A stretch of 41,968 nt of DNA from sequence record SRR20825019_54; one strand, 5' to 3'. This document shows, piece by piece, positions 7,652 through 17,381 of this stretch (the first letter of the stretch is position 1; the number at the start of each line of letters is the position of its first letter). A program made the position numbers and the translations under genes. The notes under the pieces are model-generated. The model did no database searches, was not told the origin of the DNA, and worked only from the letters and a program-made list of their open reading frames with translations.

Positions 7652-10276
7652 ATGGAAATTCCATCAAAATATGACCCAAAAAGGGTTGAAGAACACTGGT
7701 ATGCCTACTGGTCGGAACACGATTATTTTAGTTCCAAACCAGACGAAAGGGAGCCTTACACCATAGTAATTCCCCCGCCAAACGTAACAGGCGTGCTCCA
7801 TATGGGGCATATGCTCAACAATACCATTCAAGATGTTCTTATCCGAAGAGCGAGGCTCTTGGGGAAAAACGCTTGTTGGGTCCCTGGAATGGACCACGCA
7901 TCCATAGCCACCGAGGCCAAAGTAGTGGCCAAGCTTAAGGCAGATGGTATCGACAAGTCCAAATTATCCCGTGATGAATTTCTAAAACACGCTTGGGATT
8001 GGACCAATGAGTATGGGGGAGTAATTCTTCAACAATTGAAAAAACTCGGCTGTTCCTGCGATTGGGACCGCACCAAGTTTACGATGGATGACGATATGTC
8101 AGCCTCGGTAATAAAAGTTTTTGTCGATTTATATAACAAAGGTTTGATTTACAGGGGATACCGAATGGTAAACTGGGACCCCGAGGCAAAGACCACACTT
8201 TCTGATGAAGAAGTAATTTATGAAGAGCGACAAGGAAATTTATATTATCTCTCGTATGCCATTGAAGGTTCAGACGAAAAAGTGACCATAGCCACTACAC
8301 GTCCGGAGACCATTTTGGGCGATACCGCGATTTGTATCAACCCAAATGATGAAAGATATCATCATTTAAGGGGGAAAAAGGTAATTGTGCCAATTTCTGG
8401 CAGGGTTATTCCTATTATAGAAGATGAATATGTCGATGTTGAATTTGGTACAGGTTGCTTAAAAGTTACCCCTGCACACGACGAGAACGATAAAAATCTT
8501 GGAGAAAAGCATGATCTTGAAGTAATCGATATTTTCAACGAGGATGCGACCCTTAATTCTTTTGGCCTTCATTATGAAGGAAAAGACCGTTTTGTGGTAC
8601 GCAAGGAAATTTCCAAAGAACTAGAGGAAAAGGGTTTTTTGGTAAAAATAGAACAGCATACCAACAAAGTTGGTACATCTGAAAGGACTAAGGCCGTAAT
8701 CGAGCCGAGACTTTCGGACCAGTGGTTCTTGAAAATGGAAAACCTGTCAAAACCTGCTTTGGATGGGGTTTTGGAAACCAAGGACGTTAAACTATACCCA
8801 TCAAAGTTCGACAATACCTATCGCCACTGGATGGAAAACATCCGTGATTGGAACATTTCCCGTCAATTATGGTGGGGGCAACAAATACCGGCCTACTACT
8901 ACGGCGATGGTAAAGAAGATTTTGTGGTGGCCGAAACTGCCGAAGAAGCATTGGAACTGGCAAAGGCCAAAAAACCGGAAGTGCAACTATCGGACTTACG
9001 CCAAGACCCGGATGTTCTAGATACTTGGTTCTCCTCGTGGTTATGGCCCATCAGCGTGTTTGGAGGTATCTTGGAACCGGAAAACGACGAGGTAAACTAT
9101 TATTACCCGACCAACGATTTGGTGACCGGACCCGACATTTTGTTCTTCTGGGTGGCCAGAATGATCATGGCAGGATACGAATACCGAGGAAAACGACCTT
9201 TTGACAATGTTTACCTCACAGGATTGGTACGTGACAAGCAACGTAGGAAAATGTCCAAATCCTTGGGCAACTCGCCCGATGCCCTGCAACTGATATCCGA
9301 TTTTGGGGGCGATGGGGTTCGTGTGGGACTATTGTTGAGTTCGGCAGCAGGGAACGACTTGCTGTTCGATGAAGCTCTTTGCCAGCAAGGAGCCAACTTT
9401 GCCAATAAAATTTGGAACGCTTTCCGTTTGGTACAAGGATGGGAAGTGGCCGATATTTCGCAGCCTGAAGCGGCACAAAAAGGAATCGAGTGGTACAAGG
9501 CCAAGTTTAATCAAACCTTGGTAGAGATTGAGGACCATTTCTCCAAATATCGTATTTCCGATGCGTTGATGGCTACCTATAAATTGGTTTGGGACGATTT
9601 CTGTTCTTGGTTATTGGAAATCGTAAAGCCCGAGTATCAAAAACCCATTGACCAAAGAACGTATAATGAGGTATTGGGTCTTTTTGAAGAAAACCTGAAG
9701 CTGTTGCATCCATTCATGCCATTTTTAACAGAAGAAGTTTGGCAGCATATCGCCGAACGTACTCCAGAGGATGCTTTGATTGTTTCCCAATGGCCAGAAG
9801 CAAAAGAAGTGGATTCAGCCTTGATTGCCGATTTTGAATTTGCTTCCGAAGTGATTTCAGGAATCAGAACCATCAGAAAGGAGAAAAACATTCCTCAAAA
9901 AGATGCTTTGGAACTTTTTGTGTTGAATGCCGAAGGGGTGGGCTCGCAAATGGATGCCATTATCCTGAAATTGGGTAACCTATCAAAAATGGAAACGATA
10001 GATACCAGTTTGGACGGAGCCCTGACCTTTAGGGTAAAAAGCAATGAGTACTTTATTCCGATAAGTGGCGCCATTGATGTTGAGGCGGAAATTGCCAAAA
10101 TCACGGAGGAACTCAATTACACCAAAGGATTTTTGAAATCTGTTGAAAAAAAATTGAGCAACGAGCGTTTTGTAAATAACGCACCCGAACAAGTGGTGGA
10201 AATGGAACGTAAAAAAGCTGCCGATGCCGAAGCCAAAATCGAAACTTTGGAAAAGAGTTTGGCTAGTTTGAGGTAA
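7652..10276 (+). CDS. valS: Valine--tRNA ligase
   Basis: [13 protein letters not shown] (HIGH), [17 protein letters not shown]-terminal coiled coil. Confidence 0.98.
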   Translation: MEIPSKYDPKRVEEHWYAYWSEHDYFSSKPDEREPYTIVIPPPNVTGVLHMGHMLNNTIQDVLIRRARLLGKNACWVPGMDHASIATEAKVVAKLKADGIDKSKLSRDEFLKHAWDWTNEYGGVILQQLKKLGCSCDWDRTKFTMDDDMSASVIKVFVDLYNKGLIYRGYRMVNWDPEAKTTLSDEEVIYEERQGNLYYLSYAIEGSDEKVTIATTRPETILGDTAICINPNDERYHHLRGKKVIVPISGRVIPIIEDEYVDVEFGTGCLKVTPAHDENDKNLGEKHDLEVIDIFNEDATLNSFGLHYEGKDRFVVRKEISKELEEKGFLVKIEQHTNKVGTSERTKAVIEPRLSDQWFLKMENLSKPALDGVLETKDVKLYPSKFDNTYRHWMENIRDWNISRQLWWGQQIPAYYYGDGKEDFVVAETAEEALELAKAKKPEVQLSDLRQDPDVLDTWFSSWLWPISVFGGILEPENDEVNYYYPTNDLVTGPDILFFWVARMIMAGYEYRGKRPFDNVYLTGLVRDKQRRKMSKSLGNSPDALQLISDFGGDGVRVGLLLSSAAGNDLLFDEALCQQGANFANKIWNAFRLVQGWEVADISQPEAAQKGIEWYKAKFNQTLVEIEDHFSKYRISDALMATYKLVWDDFCSWLLEIVKPEYQKPIDQRTYNEVLGLFEENLKLLHPFMPFLTEEVWQHIAERTPEDALIVSQWPEAKEVDSALIADFEFASEVISGIRTIRKEKNIPQKDALELFVLNAEGVGSQMDAIILKLGNLSKMETIDTSLDGALTFRVKSNEYFIPISGAIDVEAEIAKITEELNYTKGFLKSVEKKLSNERFVNNAPEQVVEMERKKAADAEAKIETLEKSLASLR

Positions 10277-10303
10277 TTTTTGAATACGCAGTATATAGAT
10301 ATG

Positions 10304-10335
10304 GAAAAGGGGAGCTTGCTTCCCTTTTCTTATTA
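10304..10335 (+). terminator. Intrinsic terminator after valS
   Basis: GAAAAGGGGAGC-TT-GCTTCCCTTTTC followed by a T-rich tail. Confidence 0.8.
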
Positions 10336-10380
10336 TTTTTCATACTTTGACATAGAAAAGAACCAACAACTCAAATACCC

Positions 10381-11769
10381 ATGAAAAACCTTAATAGAAG
10401 AAGTTTTATTCAAAAGACTTCGTTGACCGCCGCAGCTGTTTCCATAGCCCCGACCTATTTAAGAGCCAATTCCGAGAGACCTATCTCATCGACCTATATG
10501 GGTGGCTTTGCTGCCCAAAAATTGGAAAAGGTCCGTGCCGCCTTTATTGGAGTGGGAGCTAGGGGAGGCACACATGCCAAGTTCTTTGCTGCTTTGGAAG
10601 GGACCGAGGTAGTCGCTATCTGTGATCTTTATGAGGATATGGTCAAAGAGAAGACACGTTGGGTTAAAGAGGCAGCAGGAGAAAACCGCCATAAAAACAT
10701 AGCCCAATACTGGGGAGACGAGGATGAGTGGAGGACCATGCTCAAGGAAGTAAAGCCCGATGTGGTGTTTATTGCCACCAATTGGGCCAACCATGCGCCA
10801 ATGGCCATCGGAGCCATGGAACACGGTGCCCATGCTTTTGTTGAGGTACCTATGGCCACTACCATTCAGGATATGTGGGACATTGTGGATGCCAGTGAGC
10901 GTACCCAAAAGCATTGCATGATGCTGGAAAACGTGAACTATAGTCGCGATGAGCTTATGTTTCTCAATATGTGCCGACAAGGCTTGATCGGGGAAATTTT
11001 ACATGGTGAGGCAGCCTATATCCACGAATTACGTTGGCAGATGGAAGAGCAGGAGAGGGGGACGGGGTCATGGCGAACACCTCATTATGCCAAGCGTAAC
11101 GGAAATTTATATCCCACGCATGGTTTGGGACCCGTTGCCCAATACATGAACTTGGCACGGCAAGAGGATACCTTTGGTAGTTTGGTTTCTTTCTCAACGC
11201 CATCGAGAGGGAGGGAGCTCTACGCTGAAAAAAATTATCCCGCCGACCATAAATGGAACCAGTTGGATTTTAAAGGCGGCGATTTAAATACATCCATCAT
11301 CAAAACCACTTTGGGAAAAACCATCATGGTACAATGGGACGAAACCAGTCCAAGACCCTATTCCCGGTTGAACTTGGTACAGGGAACCAAAGGGATTCTG
11401 GCAGGGTTCCCGACCCGCGTGGCCTTAGAAGGCGGCGTGGAAGGAATTACGAAAGACCATCATTCTTGGGTTCAAGGGGAGCAACTTGAAAAATTATATG
11501 AGAAGTACGATCACCCGCTTTACAAACGACTGAATGAAGCCGCAAAGGGCAGCGGACATGGTGGTATGGACGGAATCATGGTGTACCGTATAGTGGAATG
11601 CTTGCAAAAGGGGCTTCCGCTCGACCAAAATGTTTATGAAGGGTGTCTATGGAGCGCCGTATCTCCATTGAGCGAACGGTCCGTGGCAAGTAATGGAGCA
11701 CCGCAACCTTTCCCCGATTTTACGAGAGGCAACTGGAAGGATACCGAACCGTTGCAAATTATTAGTTAG
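10381..11769 (+). CDS. GH109 family NAD+-dependent N-acetylgalactosaminidase (Gfo/Idh/MocA fold), Tat-exported
   Basis: Tat signal RRSFIQK; Rossmann IGVGARG; EVP; ENVNY; YPTHG; GHGGMD; C-terminal FPDFTRG. Confidence 0.85.
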   Translation: MKNLNRRSFIQKTSLTAAAVSIAPTYLRANSERPISSTYMGGFAAQKLEKVRAAFIGVGARGGTHAKFFAALEGTEVVAICDLYEDMVKEKTRWVKEAAGENRHKNIAQYWGDEDEWRTMLKEVKPDVVFIATNWANHAPMAIGAMEHGAHAFVEVPMATTIQDMWDIVDASERTQKHCMMLENVNYSRDELMFLNMCRQGLIGEILHGEAAYIHELRWQMEEQERGTGSWRTPHYAKRNGNLYPTHGLGPVAQYMNLARQEDTFGSLVSFSTPSRGRELYAEKNYPADHKWNQLDFKGGDLNTSIIKTTLGKTIMVQWDETSPRPYSRLNLVQGTKGILAGFPTRVALEGGVEGITKDHHSWVQGEQLEKLYEKYDHPLYKRLNEAAKGSGHGGMDGIMVYRIVECLQKGLPLDQNVYEGCLWSAVSPLSERSVASNGAPQPFPDFTRGNWKDTEPLQIIS

Positions 11770-11781
11770 TAGAAAATATTC

Positions 11782-12834
11782 ATGATTGAAATAAAAGTAC
11801 CCGCCCGAATCTGTTTTTATGGCGACCATCAAGATTATTTGGGACTTCCTGTGATTGCAGGAACCATTGACCGATTCATCAATTTAAGGGCAACGCCCAA
11901 TTCCAATAAGCAATATCTGTTGAAATTGTTGGACCTGAACGAAGAAACATCCATTTCGTTGGATGATGATTTGAAGGCGATTCAGCCCGATGATTATTTT
12001 AGGTCGGTGATGTCCGTGCTGAAAAAGGAGGGTTTTCAATTTGACCAAGGTTATGATATCGAAATCTCGGGAAATATTCCCGTAAACGCTGGACTCTCCA
12101 GTTCTTCCGCACTGGTGGTCGCATGGATTCGTTTTTTGGTGGCTACGCAAGATAAATCAGACGACATCAGCAATTATCAAATCGGAAGATGGGCCTACGA
12201 AGCCGAAGTGCTTTTTTTTGATCAGCCCGGAGGATTGATGGACCAATATACCATCGCCCAGAAAGGATTGATCTATATCGATACCCAAAGTGGGGAAAGT
12301 ACCCGGTTAAGTGCTGATATGGGAAAGCTGTTGGTTGCTGAATCGGGCGTGCCCAAGAAAACTTTGGAAGTATTAAAAAACGCTAGGGTGTATCAACAAC
12401 GGGCGGTGGATGCCGTTAAAAAGGTCCATTCCGAATTTGAACTGGAGCAAGCAAGCTTGGCGGATTACGAAGCATATTTTGATTTGGTGCCAGAGGAGCT
12501 TCAAGGCTATTGGTATGCCGCTGTTTACAATTATCATATCACTCTTGAAGCTAAAAAAGAGTTGTTGACAGCTAATCCTGATGCTCAGGTTTTGGGAGAT
12601 TTAATGAACCGACACCAAATCATCCTTCAAAACCAAATCCAGAATACCCCTCTGGAAATGGTAGAAATGATGGATGCCGCAAGGGAAGCTGGGGCCGTGG
12701 GAGCCAAAATAATCGGTTCGGGCGGAGGTGGCTGTATGGTAGCCATGGTTACGGACGATATAGCCGAAAAGGTGAAACAAGCATTTTTGGACAAAGGTGC
12801 CAAGGCCGTCTACGAGGTAGAATTAACAAGTTGA
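11782..12834 (+). CDS. GHMP-family sugar kinase (galactokinase/GalNAc kinase-like)
   Basis: PARICFYGDHQDY, PVNAGLSSSSA, GGLMDQ, GAKIIGSGGGGC. Confidence 0.85.
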   Translation: MIEIKVPARICFYGDHQDYLGLPVIAGTIDRFINLRATPNSNKQYLLKLLDLNEETSISLDDDLKAIQPDDYFRSVMSVLKKEGFQFDQGYDIEISGNIPVNAGLSSSSALVVAWIRFLVATQDKSDDISNYQIGRWAYEAEVLFFDQPGGLMDQYTIAQKGLIYIDTQSGESTRLSADMGKLLVAESGVPKKTLEVLKNARVYQQRAVDAVKKVHSEFELEQASLADYEAYFDLVPEELQGYWYAAVYNYHITLEAKKELLTANPDAQVLGDLMNRHQIILQNQIQNTPLEMVEMMDAAREAGAVGAKIIGSGGGGCMVAMVTDDIAEKVKQAFLDKGAKAVYEVELTS

Positions 12835-13667
12835 TAAAAATGGAGAATATAAGTTTGATCATCATGGTAGGTGGTGCATCATCACGAATGAAGCGGAGTT
12901 TGAAGGAACGGGATGACCAGGTTATGGACCACATCCCGCATAAGAGTTTGATTCCCGTTGGAAAAAATGGTAGACCATTTTTGTACTATCTGGTTCAAAA
13001 TGCTGTGGAGGCAGGGTATAAAAGATTGTACTTGATCACAAGTCCCGAAAATACAGCGTTTCAAAATTTGATAGATCAAGGAGGGCTTCCAGATGGATTG
13101 GAGATATTTTTGGCAATCCAGACGGTGCCGGAAGGACGAACAAAGCCATTGGGCACTGCGGATGCGCTTCAGCAATGTTTGGACCAGTACCCTGAATTAA
13201 AACAGGGCACCTTCACGGTTTGTAATGGCGATAATCTATACTCCGTTGGTGCTTTGGGAGATTTAAGAAGTGATAGAAATGCTCCTCACGCGCTCATCAG
13301 TTACGGAAGCTCAGGTTTCGATTATACCGAGGAGCGGATTGCCAAGTTTGCCGTGATGGATATTTCCGAAGATGGGTTTTTACAACAAATCGTTGAAAAA
13401 CCAAATGTGGAAGATGTCCCTAAATATAAGGATGCATCCGGACAGCTCAGGGTAAGCATGAACATTTTTAGTTTTTCGGGGAAAGAGATTTATCCATACT
13501 TAAAAAACTGCCCTATAGATGCTGTTCGCGACGAAAAGGAACTGCCCAAAGCGGTCGCTGTTTTGGTGGAGCAAGAACCGCGAAGCGTGCTTTGTATACC
13601 CCGCTCCGAGCACATTCCTGATCTAACGGATGCTAATGATATTCAGTTATTTAAAAATTTAGATTAA
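12831..13667 (+). CDS. Sugar-phosphate nucleotidyltransferase
   Basis: MVGGASSRMK, KSLIPVG, KPLGTADA, NGDNLY, IVEKP; TTG start overlapping the kinase stop, or ATG at 12840. Confidence 0.82.
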   Translation: MIKMENISLIIMVGGASSRMKRSLKERDDQVMDHIPHKSLIPVGKNGRPFLYYLVQNAVEAGYKRLYLITSPENTAFQNLIDQGGLPDGLEIFLAIQTVPEGRTKPLGTADALQQCLDQYPELKQGTFTVCNGDNLYSVGALGDLRSDRNAPHALISYGSSGFDYTEERIAKFAVMDISEDGFLQQIVEKPNVEDVPKYKDASGQLRVSMNIFSFSGKEIYPYLKNCPIDAVRDEKELPKAVAVLVEQEPRSVLCIPRSEHIPDLTDANDIQLFKNLD

Positions 13668-13723
13668 CTTAAAGGCATATAACCCCATTCTTGCATCGAG
13701 CAAAATTTTAAATTTTTCTTGAT

Positions 13724-14992
13724 ATGGAATCATATGCAACGGCATTGTTATATGCCACCCCTTTTTTTATCGGCTTGGTATTGATTGAGATTCTTTATGG
13801 CCGATTTGTAAAAGATCAGAAACACAATCTTATGGATACCGTGAGCAGCCTCAGCTCTGGTTTGACCAATGTGGTAAAGGATTCCTTGGGATTGGTGCTG
13901 ATTTTGATCAGTTATCCTTTTTTATTGGAGCATTTGGCGCTTATCGAGATCAAGGCTACGTGGTTGGTATGGGTGGTGGCCTTTATTGCTCTCGACTTTG
14001 CGGGGTATTGGAACCATAGGTTAAGTCATCATATCAACTTTTTTTGGAACCAGCACGTGATTCATCATAGCAGTGAAGAGTTCAATTTGGCCTGTGCACT
14101 TCGGCAACCTATCTCTAATTTACTGGGCTATTATGCGCTTTTATTGATTCCGGCCGCGTTGGTCGGTGTGCCGCACAAAGTGATTGCGGTTTTAGCCCCC
14201 ATTCATTTATTTGCGCAGTTTTGGTACCATACCCAGCACATTGGGAAAATGGGCTTTTTGGAATATGTCATCGTTACCCCTTCGCAGCATAGGGTGCACC
14301 ATGCCATCAACAAGGAGTATATTGATAAGAACCTTGGACAGATTTTTTGTGTGTGGGATAGAATCTTCGGAACCTTTCAGGAAGAACTGGATGAGGTTCC
14401 ACCGCAATACGGTGTTCTGAAACCAGCAAATACATGGAACCCGATTATCATCAATTTTCAACATCTATGGCGATTGATTCAAGATGCTTGGCGGACCAAA
14501 AATTATCGGGACAAATTCAGGATTTGGTTTATGCCTACGGGTTGGCGTCCAGAGGATGTTAAAGAAAAATATCCCATTTCTATAATCAAGAATGTATACA
14601 ATTTCAGGAAATATCAACCTGAAGCTTCTGCTGCGCTAAAAGCATATTCCCTTTTTCAATTGGTCGTAACCACCTTTTTGATGTTGTTTATGTTCTATAG
14701 CTATGCAGCGATTGGGTTTGACGGTCTGCTGCTGTTCGGAGCCTTTATTTTTGTTGGAATCTATGGATACACTACTTTGATGGACCGTAAAATTTATGCA
14801 GTTTGGATTGAAGTGATCAGGGGAGTAGGTGGATTGACCTTGATTTATTTTACAAACGATTGGTTTGGATTCAATTCAGACTTTTCGATAGGAAGCTATC
14901 TTGTTGCCCTTTATTTTTTAATAACGATTTTTGGAGGTGTTTACTTTACTTACTTTGAAAAGTCGTTTGCCACTCCGGACTTGGCTTCTTAG
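13724..14992 (+). CDS. Sterol desaturase / fatty-acid hydroxylase family membrane protein, alkylglycerol monooxygenase-like
   Basis: His boxes HRLSH, HVIHH, FWYH, HRVHH; HHSSEEFNL..ALRQ; DKN...WDRIFGTF; multi-TM C-terminal extension. Confidence 0.85.
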   Translation: MESYATALLYATPFFIGLVLIEILYGRFVKDQKHNLMDTVSSLSSGLTNVVKDSLGLVLILISYPFLLEHLALIEIKATWLVWVVAFIALDFAGYWNHRLSHHINFFWNQHVIHHSSEEFNLACALRQPISNLLGYYALLLIPAALVGVPHKVIAVLAPIHLFAQFWYHTQHIGKMGFLEYVIVTPSQHRVHHAINKEYIDKNLGQIFCVWDRIFGTFQEELDEVPPQYGVLKPANTWNPIIINFQHLWRLIQDAWRTKNYRDKFRIWFMPTGWRPEDVKEKYPISIIKNVYNFRKYQPEASAALKAYSLFQLVVTTFLMLFMFYSYAAIGFDGLLLFGAFIFVGIYGYTTLMDRKIYAVWIEVIRGVGGLTLIYFTNDWFGFNSDFSIGSYLVALYFLITIFGGVYFTYFEKSFATPDLAS

Positions 14993-15252
14993 AGCGTTTT
15001 TAGCTCTTTGTCCACTAATTCCACGTATTTCTCCATAGCCTCTTCCCTGCTTATTCTTTTGGCCTGGAAAAGGGCATTTGCTTTAAAGGCATTGATGAGG
15101 GGTGTCCTGCTTCCCGGATTGTCAAAGTTTTTGTTGGCAATCTTAAAATAGGCGTAGAGCTTTAAGAGTAGGTCTGCGGGTAGGGGATCGGTATAGTCAT
15201 TAACAAAGTTAACGGCGTCTTCGAATCTTTTATGTAGGTCCTTGTTAATCAT
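14989..15252 (-). CDS. Acyl-CoA-binding protein
   Basis: 87 aa; FEDAVNFV...LLKLYAYFKIA...SREEAMEKYVELV. Confidence 0.8.
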   Translation of the reverse strand: MINKDLHKRFEDAVNFVNDYTDPLPADLLLKLYAYFKIANKNFDNPGSRTPLINAFKANALFQAKRISREEAMEKYVELVDKELKTL

Positions 15253-15910
15253 CCAACGGTCTTACGGAAGCAATACAAGTGTGCGCTCCAACTACTTTTT
15301 GATTGAGCTTAACGGTAATATCGCAGTCCAAAGGAAGCAGTAAATCAACACGGGAACCAAATTTTATGAAGCCCGCATCCTCGCCTTGGGTTACTTGTTC
15401 ACCTTCCTCAGCGTAGTTTACAATTCTACGGGCCATTGCACCGGCAATTTGTCGGTAACCTATTTCACCAAATTTTGGGGTGTGGAGTATAACTGTGGTT
15501 CGTTCGTTCTCCGTACTGGATTTTGGGTGCCAGGCCACCAAATATTTCCCGGGATGATATTTGGAGTACGTTACCGTTCCACTGGCGGGATATCGGGTAA
15601 CGTGTACATTGGTGGGGGACATGAATATGGATACCTGTTTTCTTTTTTCCTTGAAATATTCAGGTTCATCCACTTCTTCAATGACCACTACCTTCCCGTC
15701 AACGGGGGCCAATATTTCATCAAAACTACGGGTGACACGTCTTTTGGGATTTCTGAAAAACTGGAGAATGGCAATGAGGAAAATCAATGCGGCAACCTGA
15801 AGCGAAAAACGGGCCCACTCCAAATTAACGTAGTAATGTGCCGCCAGAACGGCTGCAACCACGATAAAGAAAGTGATGATGATAATTTTTTGACCCTCTT
15901 TATGAAACAT
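15245..15910 (-). CDS. psd: Phosphatidylserine decarboxylase proenzyme
   Basis: FFRNP, APVDGKV, SIFMSPTNVHV, NER, RQIAGAMARRI, GFIKFGSRVD (self-cleavage GS). Confidence 0.93.
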   Translation of the reverse strand: MFHKEGQKIIIITFFIVVAAVLAAHYYVNLEWARFSLQVAALIFLIAILQFFRNPKRRVTRSFDEILAPVDGKVVVIEEVDEPEYFKEKRKQVSIFMSPTNVHVTRYPASGTVTYSKYHPGKYLVAWHPKSSTENERTTVILHTPKFGEIGYRQIAGAMARRIVNYAEEGEQVTQGEDAGFIKFGSRVDLLLPLDCDITVKLNQKVVGAHTCIASVRPLDD

Positions 15911-16703
15911 AGGAGAAAATATTTAAAATCAAATAAGCAAAAGGCGCAGCGAACACTAGGCTATCCAAACGATCCCAAATTCCACCATGTCCCGGTAATA
16001 TGGCGCCACTGTCCTTAACCCCGGCCATTCGTTTGAACTTGGATTCCAATAAATCTCCCAAACTCCCTGCTACAACTATTAAACAGGCCATTGCCATCCA
16101 CTCGGTAATCGACAATCTTGTTTCGTACCATGATAAAAAGTAAGCGGCCACCAATGCAAAAATAAGACCTCCTACAGAACCTTCAATGGTTTTTTTTGGA
16201 GAAACTGAAGGAAAAAGTTTAGTTCGGCCGAAAGTACGTCCTGTTAAATAGGCAAAAGTATCATTGACCCATATCAAAATAAAGATGCCCATGATAAGAA
16301 ATTGGGCAAAATCATCATGCTTATATGGAATCATGGTCAAAAAAATACAGCCTCCACCGATGTAAAATAAACCAATGATGAATTTTTGGAACGTGCTAAA
16401 TTTTTTGGGCCTTTTAGAGAACAGGAACATGAGCAATGCAATGTCCACCGTGATGGTACAGAGCATTAGAAGGTTTATGGTGGTCGAGTCATTGGTAAGG
16501 TATATAAAAACCCACCAAAGTGCCAAATAGGCCATGAATATATGGTAGCCCTTCAGGTTTACAATGCGCTTGTATTCATAAAGGCATGCCAGCCCAAATG
16601 TCATAAATAAAAAGTCGAAGGCATCCGAGCTTAGAAAAACAGCACCCAGTAGAAGCAACACGTAAATCACCCCGGTTATGGAGCGTCTTAAAATTTCTCT
16701 CAT
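15900..16703 (-). CDS. cdsA: Phosphatidate cytidylyltransferase
   Basis: WVNDTFAY, SPKKTIEG, GDLLESKFKRMAGVKDSGAILPGHGGIWDRLDS. Confidence 0.94.
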   Translation of the reverse strand: MREILRRSITGVIYVLLLLGAVFLSSDAFDFLFMTFGLACLYEYKRIVNLKGYHIFMAYLALWWVFIYLTNDSTTINLLMLCTITVDIALLMFLFSKRPKKFSTFQKFIIGLFYIGGGCIFLTMIPYKHDDFAQFLIMGIFILIWVNDTFAYLTGRTFGRTKLFPSVSPKKTIEGSVGGLIFALVAAYFLSWYETRLSITEWMAMACLIVVAGSLGDLLESKFKRMAGVKDSGAILPGHGGIWDRLDSLVFAAPFAYLILNIFSYVS

Positions 16704-16707
16704 GTAC

Positions 16708-17316
16708 TTAGAAATCTTCTAGGAGCAAAAGATATACATTTTTTGATGCACTTCCGTAAGAAAGGAAATCATCTTTGTTTTCCGCTGTGGGCTGAAAGTG
16801 TTTTAATGTGGTAATATTGTTGGGAATGTTCTTTTGATAGCGTTCCTTGATGATCTTAAGGGCTTCGCTTATGGAATCCACTAACTGACTCGTTGTGGCA
16901 AAAACCACCAAATTGGATGGCAGTTCGTCCAATTTCTTTTCCTTGATCTGATTGGAACAGACCAATATGGAGCCGTTGTGGGCCACAAGATGTTCGCAGG
17001 TGGTAAAGAAGATGTTGCTTTCCTTGCGATTGTCCGTGAACTGTAGCTTCTCAGAGGCAAACTTTGTTTCCAGCCTGGGATCTAAAGAATAGAAAAGATG
17101 GTTTTGCCAATCGTTTTCCGAAATAATGCTTTTAAGGGCATCGGAAACCTCGGCAAAATCTTCACAGTAGATGAACTTTCCACCGTTTTTCTTAAAGTAG
17201 ATGGTGAATTTTTCATCCACGGGAATTTTTAAATCGGGCATATGGTCACCACGGGTTTCCGCAGTTTCCTTGGAAACCTTTTTTCCTCCTCCGAAAAGTT
17301 TTTTAAAAACTCCCAT
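16708..17316 (-). CDS. LUD (lactate utilization B/C-like) domain protein
   Basis: TCEHLVAHNGSIL...LP..LVVFATTSQLV; usual position after ftsH in Flavobacteria. Confidence 0.7.
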   Translation of the reverse strand: MGVFKKLFGGGKKVSKETAETRGDHMPDLKIPVDEKFTIYFKKNGGKFIYCEDFAEVSDALKSIISENDWQNHLFYSLDPRLETKFASEKLQFTDNRKESNIFFTTCEHLVAHNGSILVCSNQIKEKKLDELPSNLVVFATTSQLVDSISEALKIIKERYQKNIPNNITTLKHFQPTAENKDDFLSYGSASKNVYLLLLEDF

Positions 17317-17381
17317 TTATGGCATGTGTTCTTTTCTACTGAATCAATATAATTCTTTTGATTAGAATTTTTTGAATGATT

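Noticed and set aside
15386-16018. 210-aa plus-strand ORF and the many other antisense ORFs over valS, ftsH, ppc and trp genes
   Set aside because: Fully overlap well-supported genes on the opposite strand and show no recognisable motifs.
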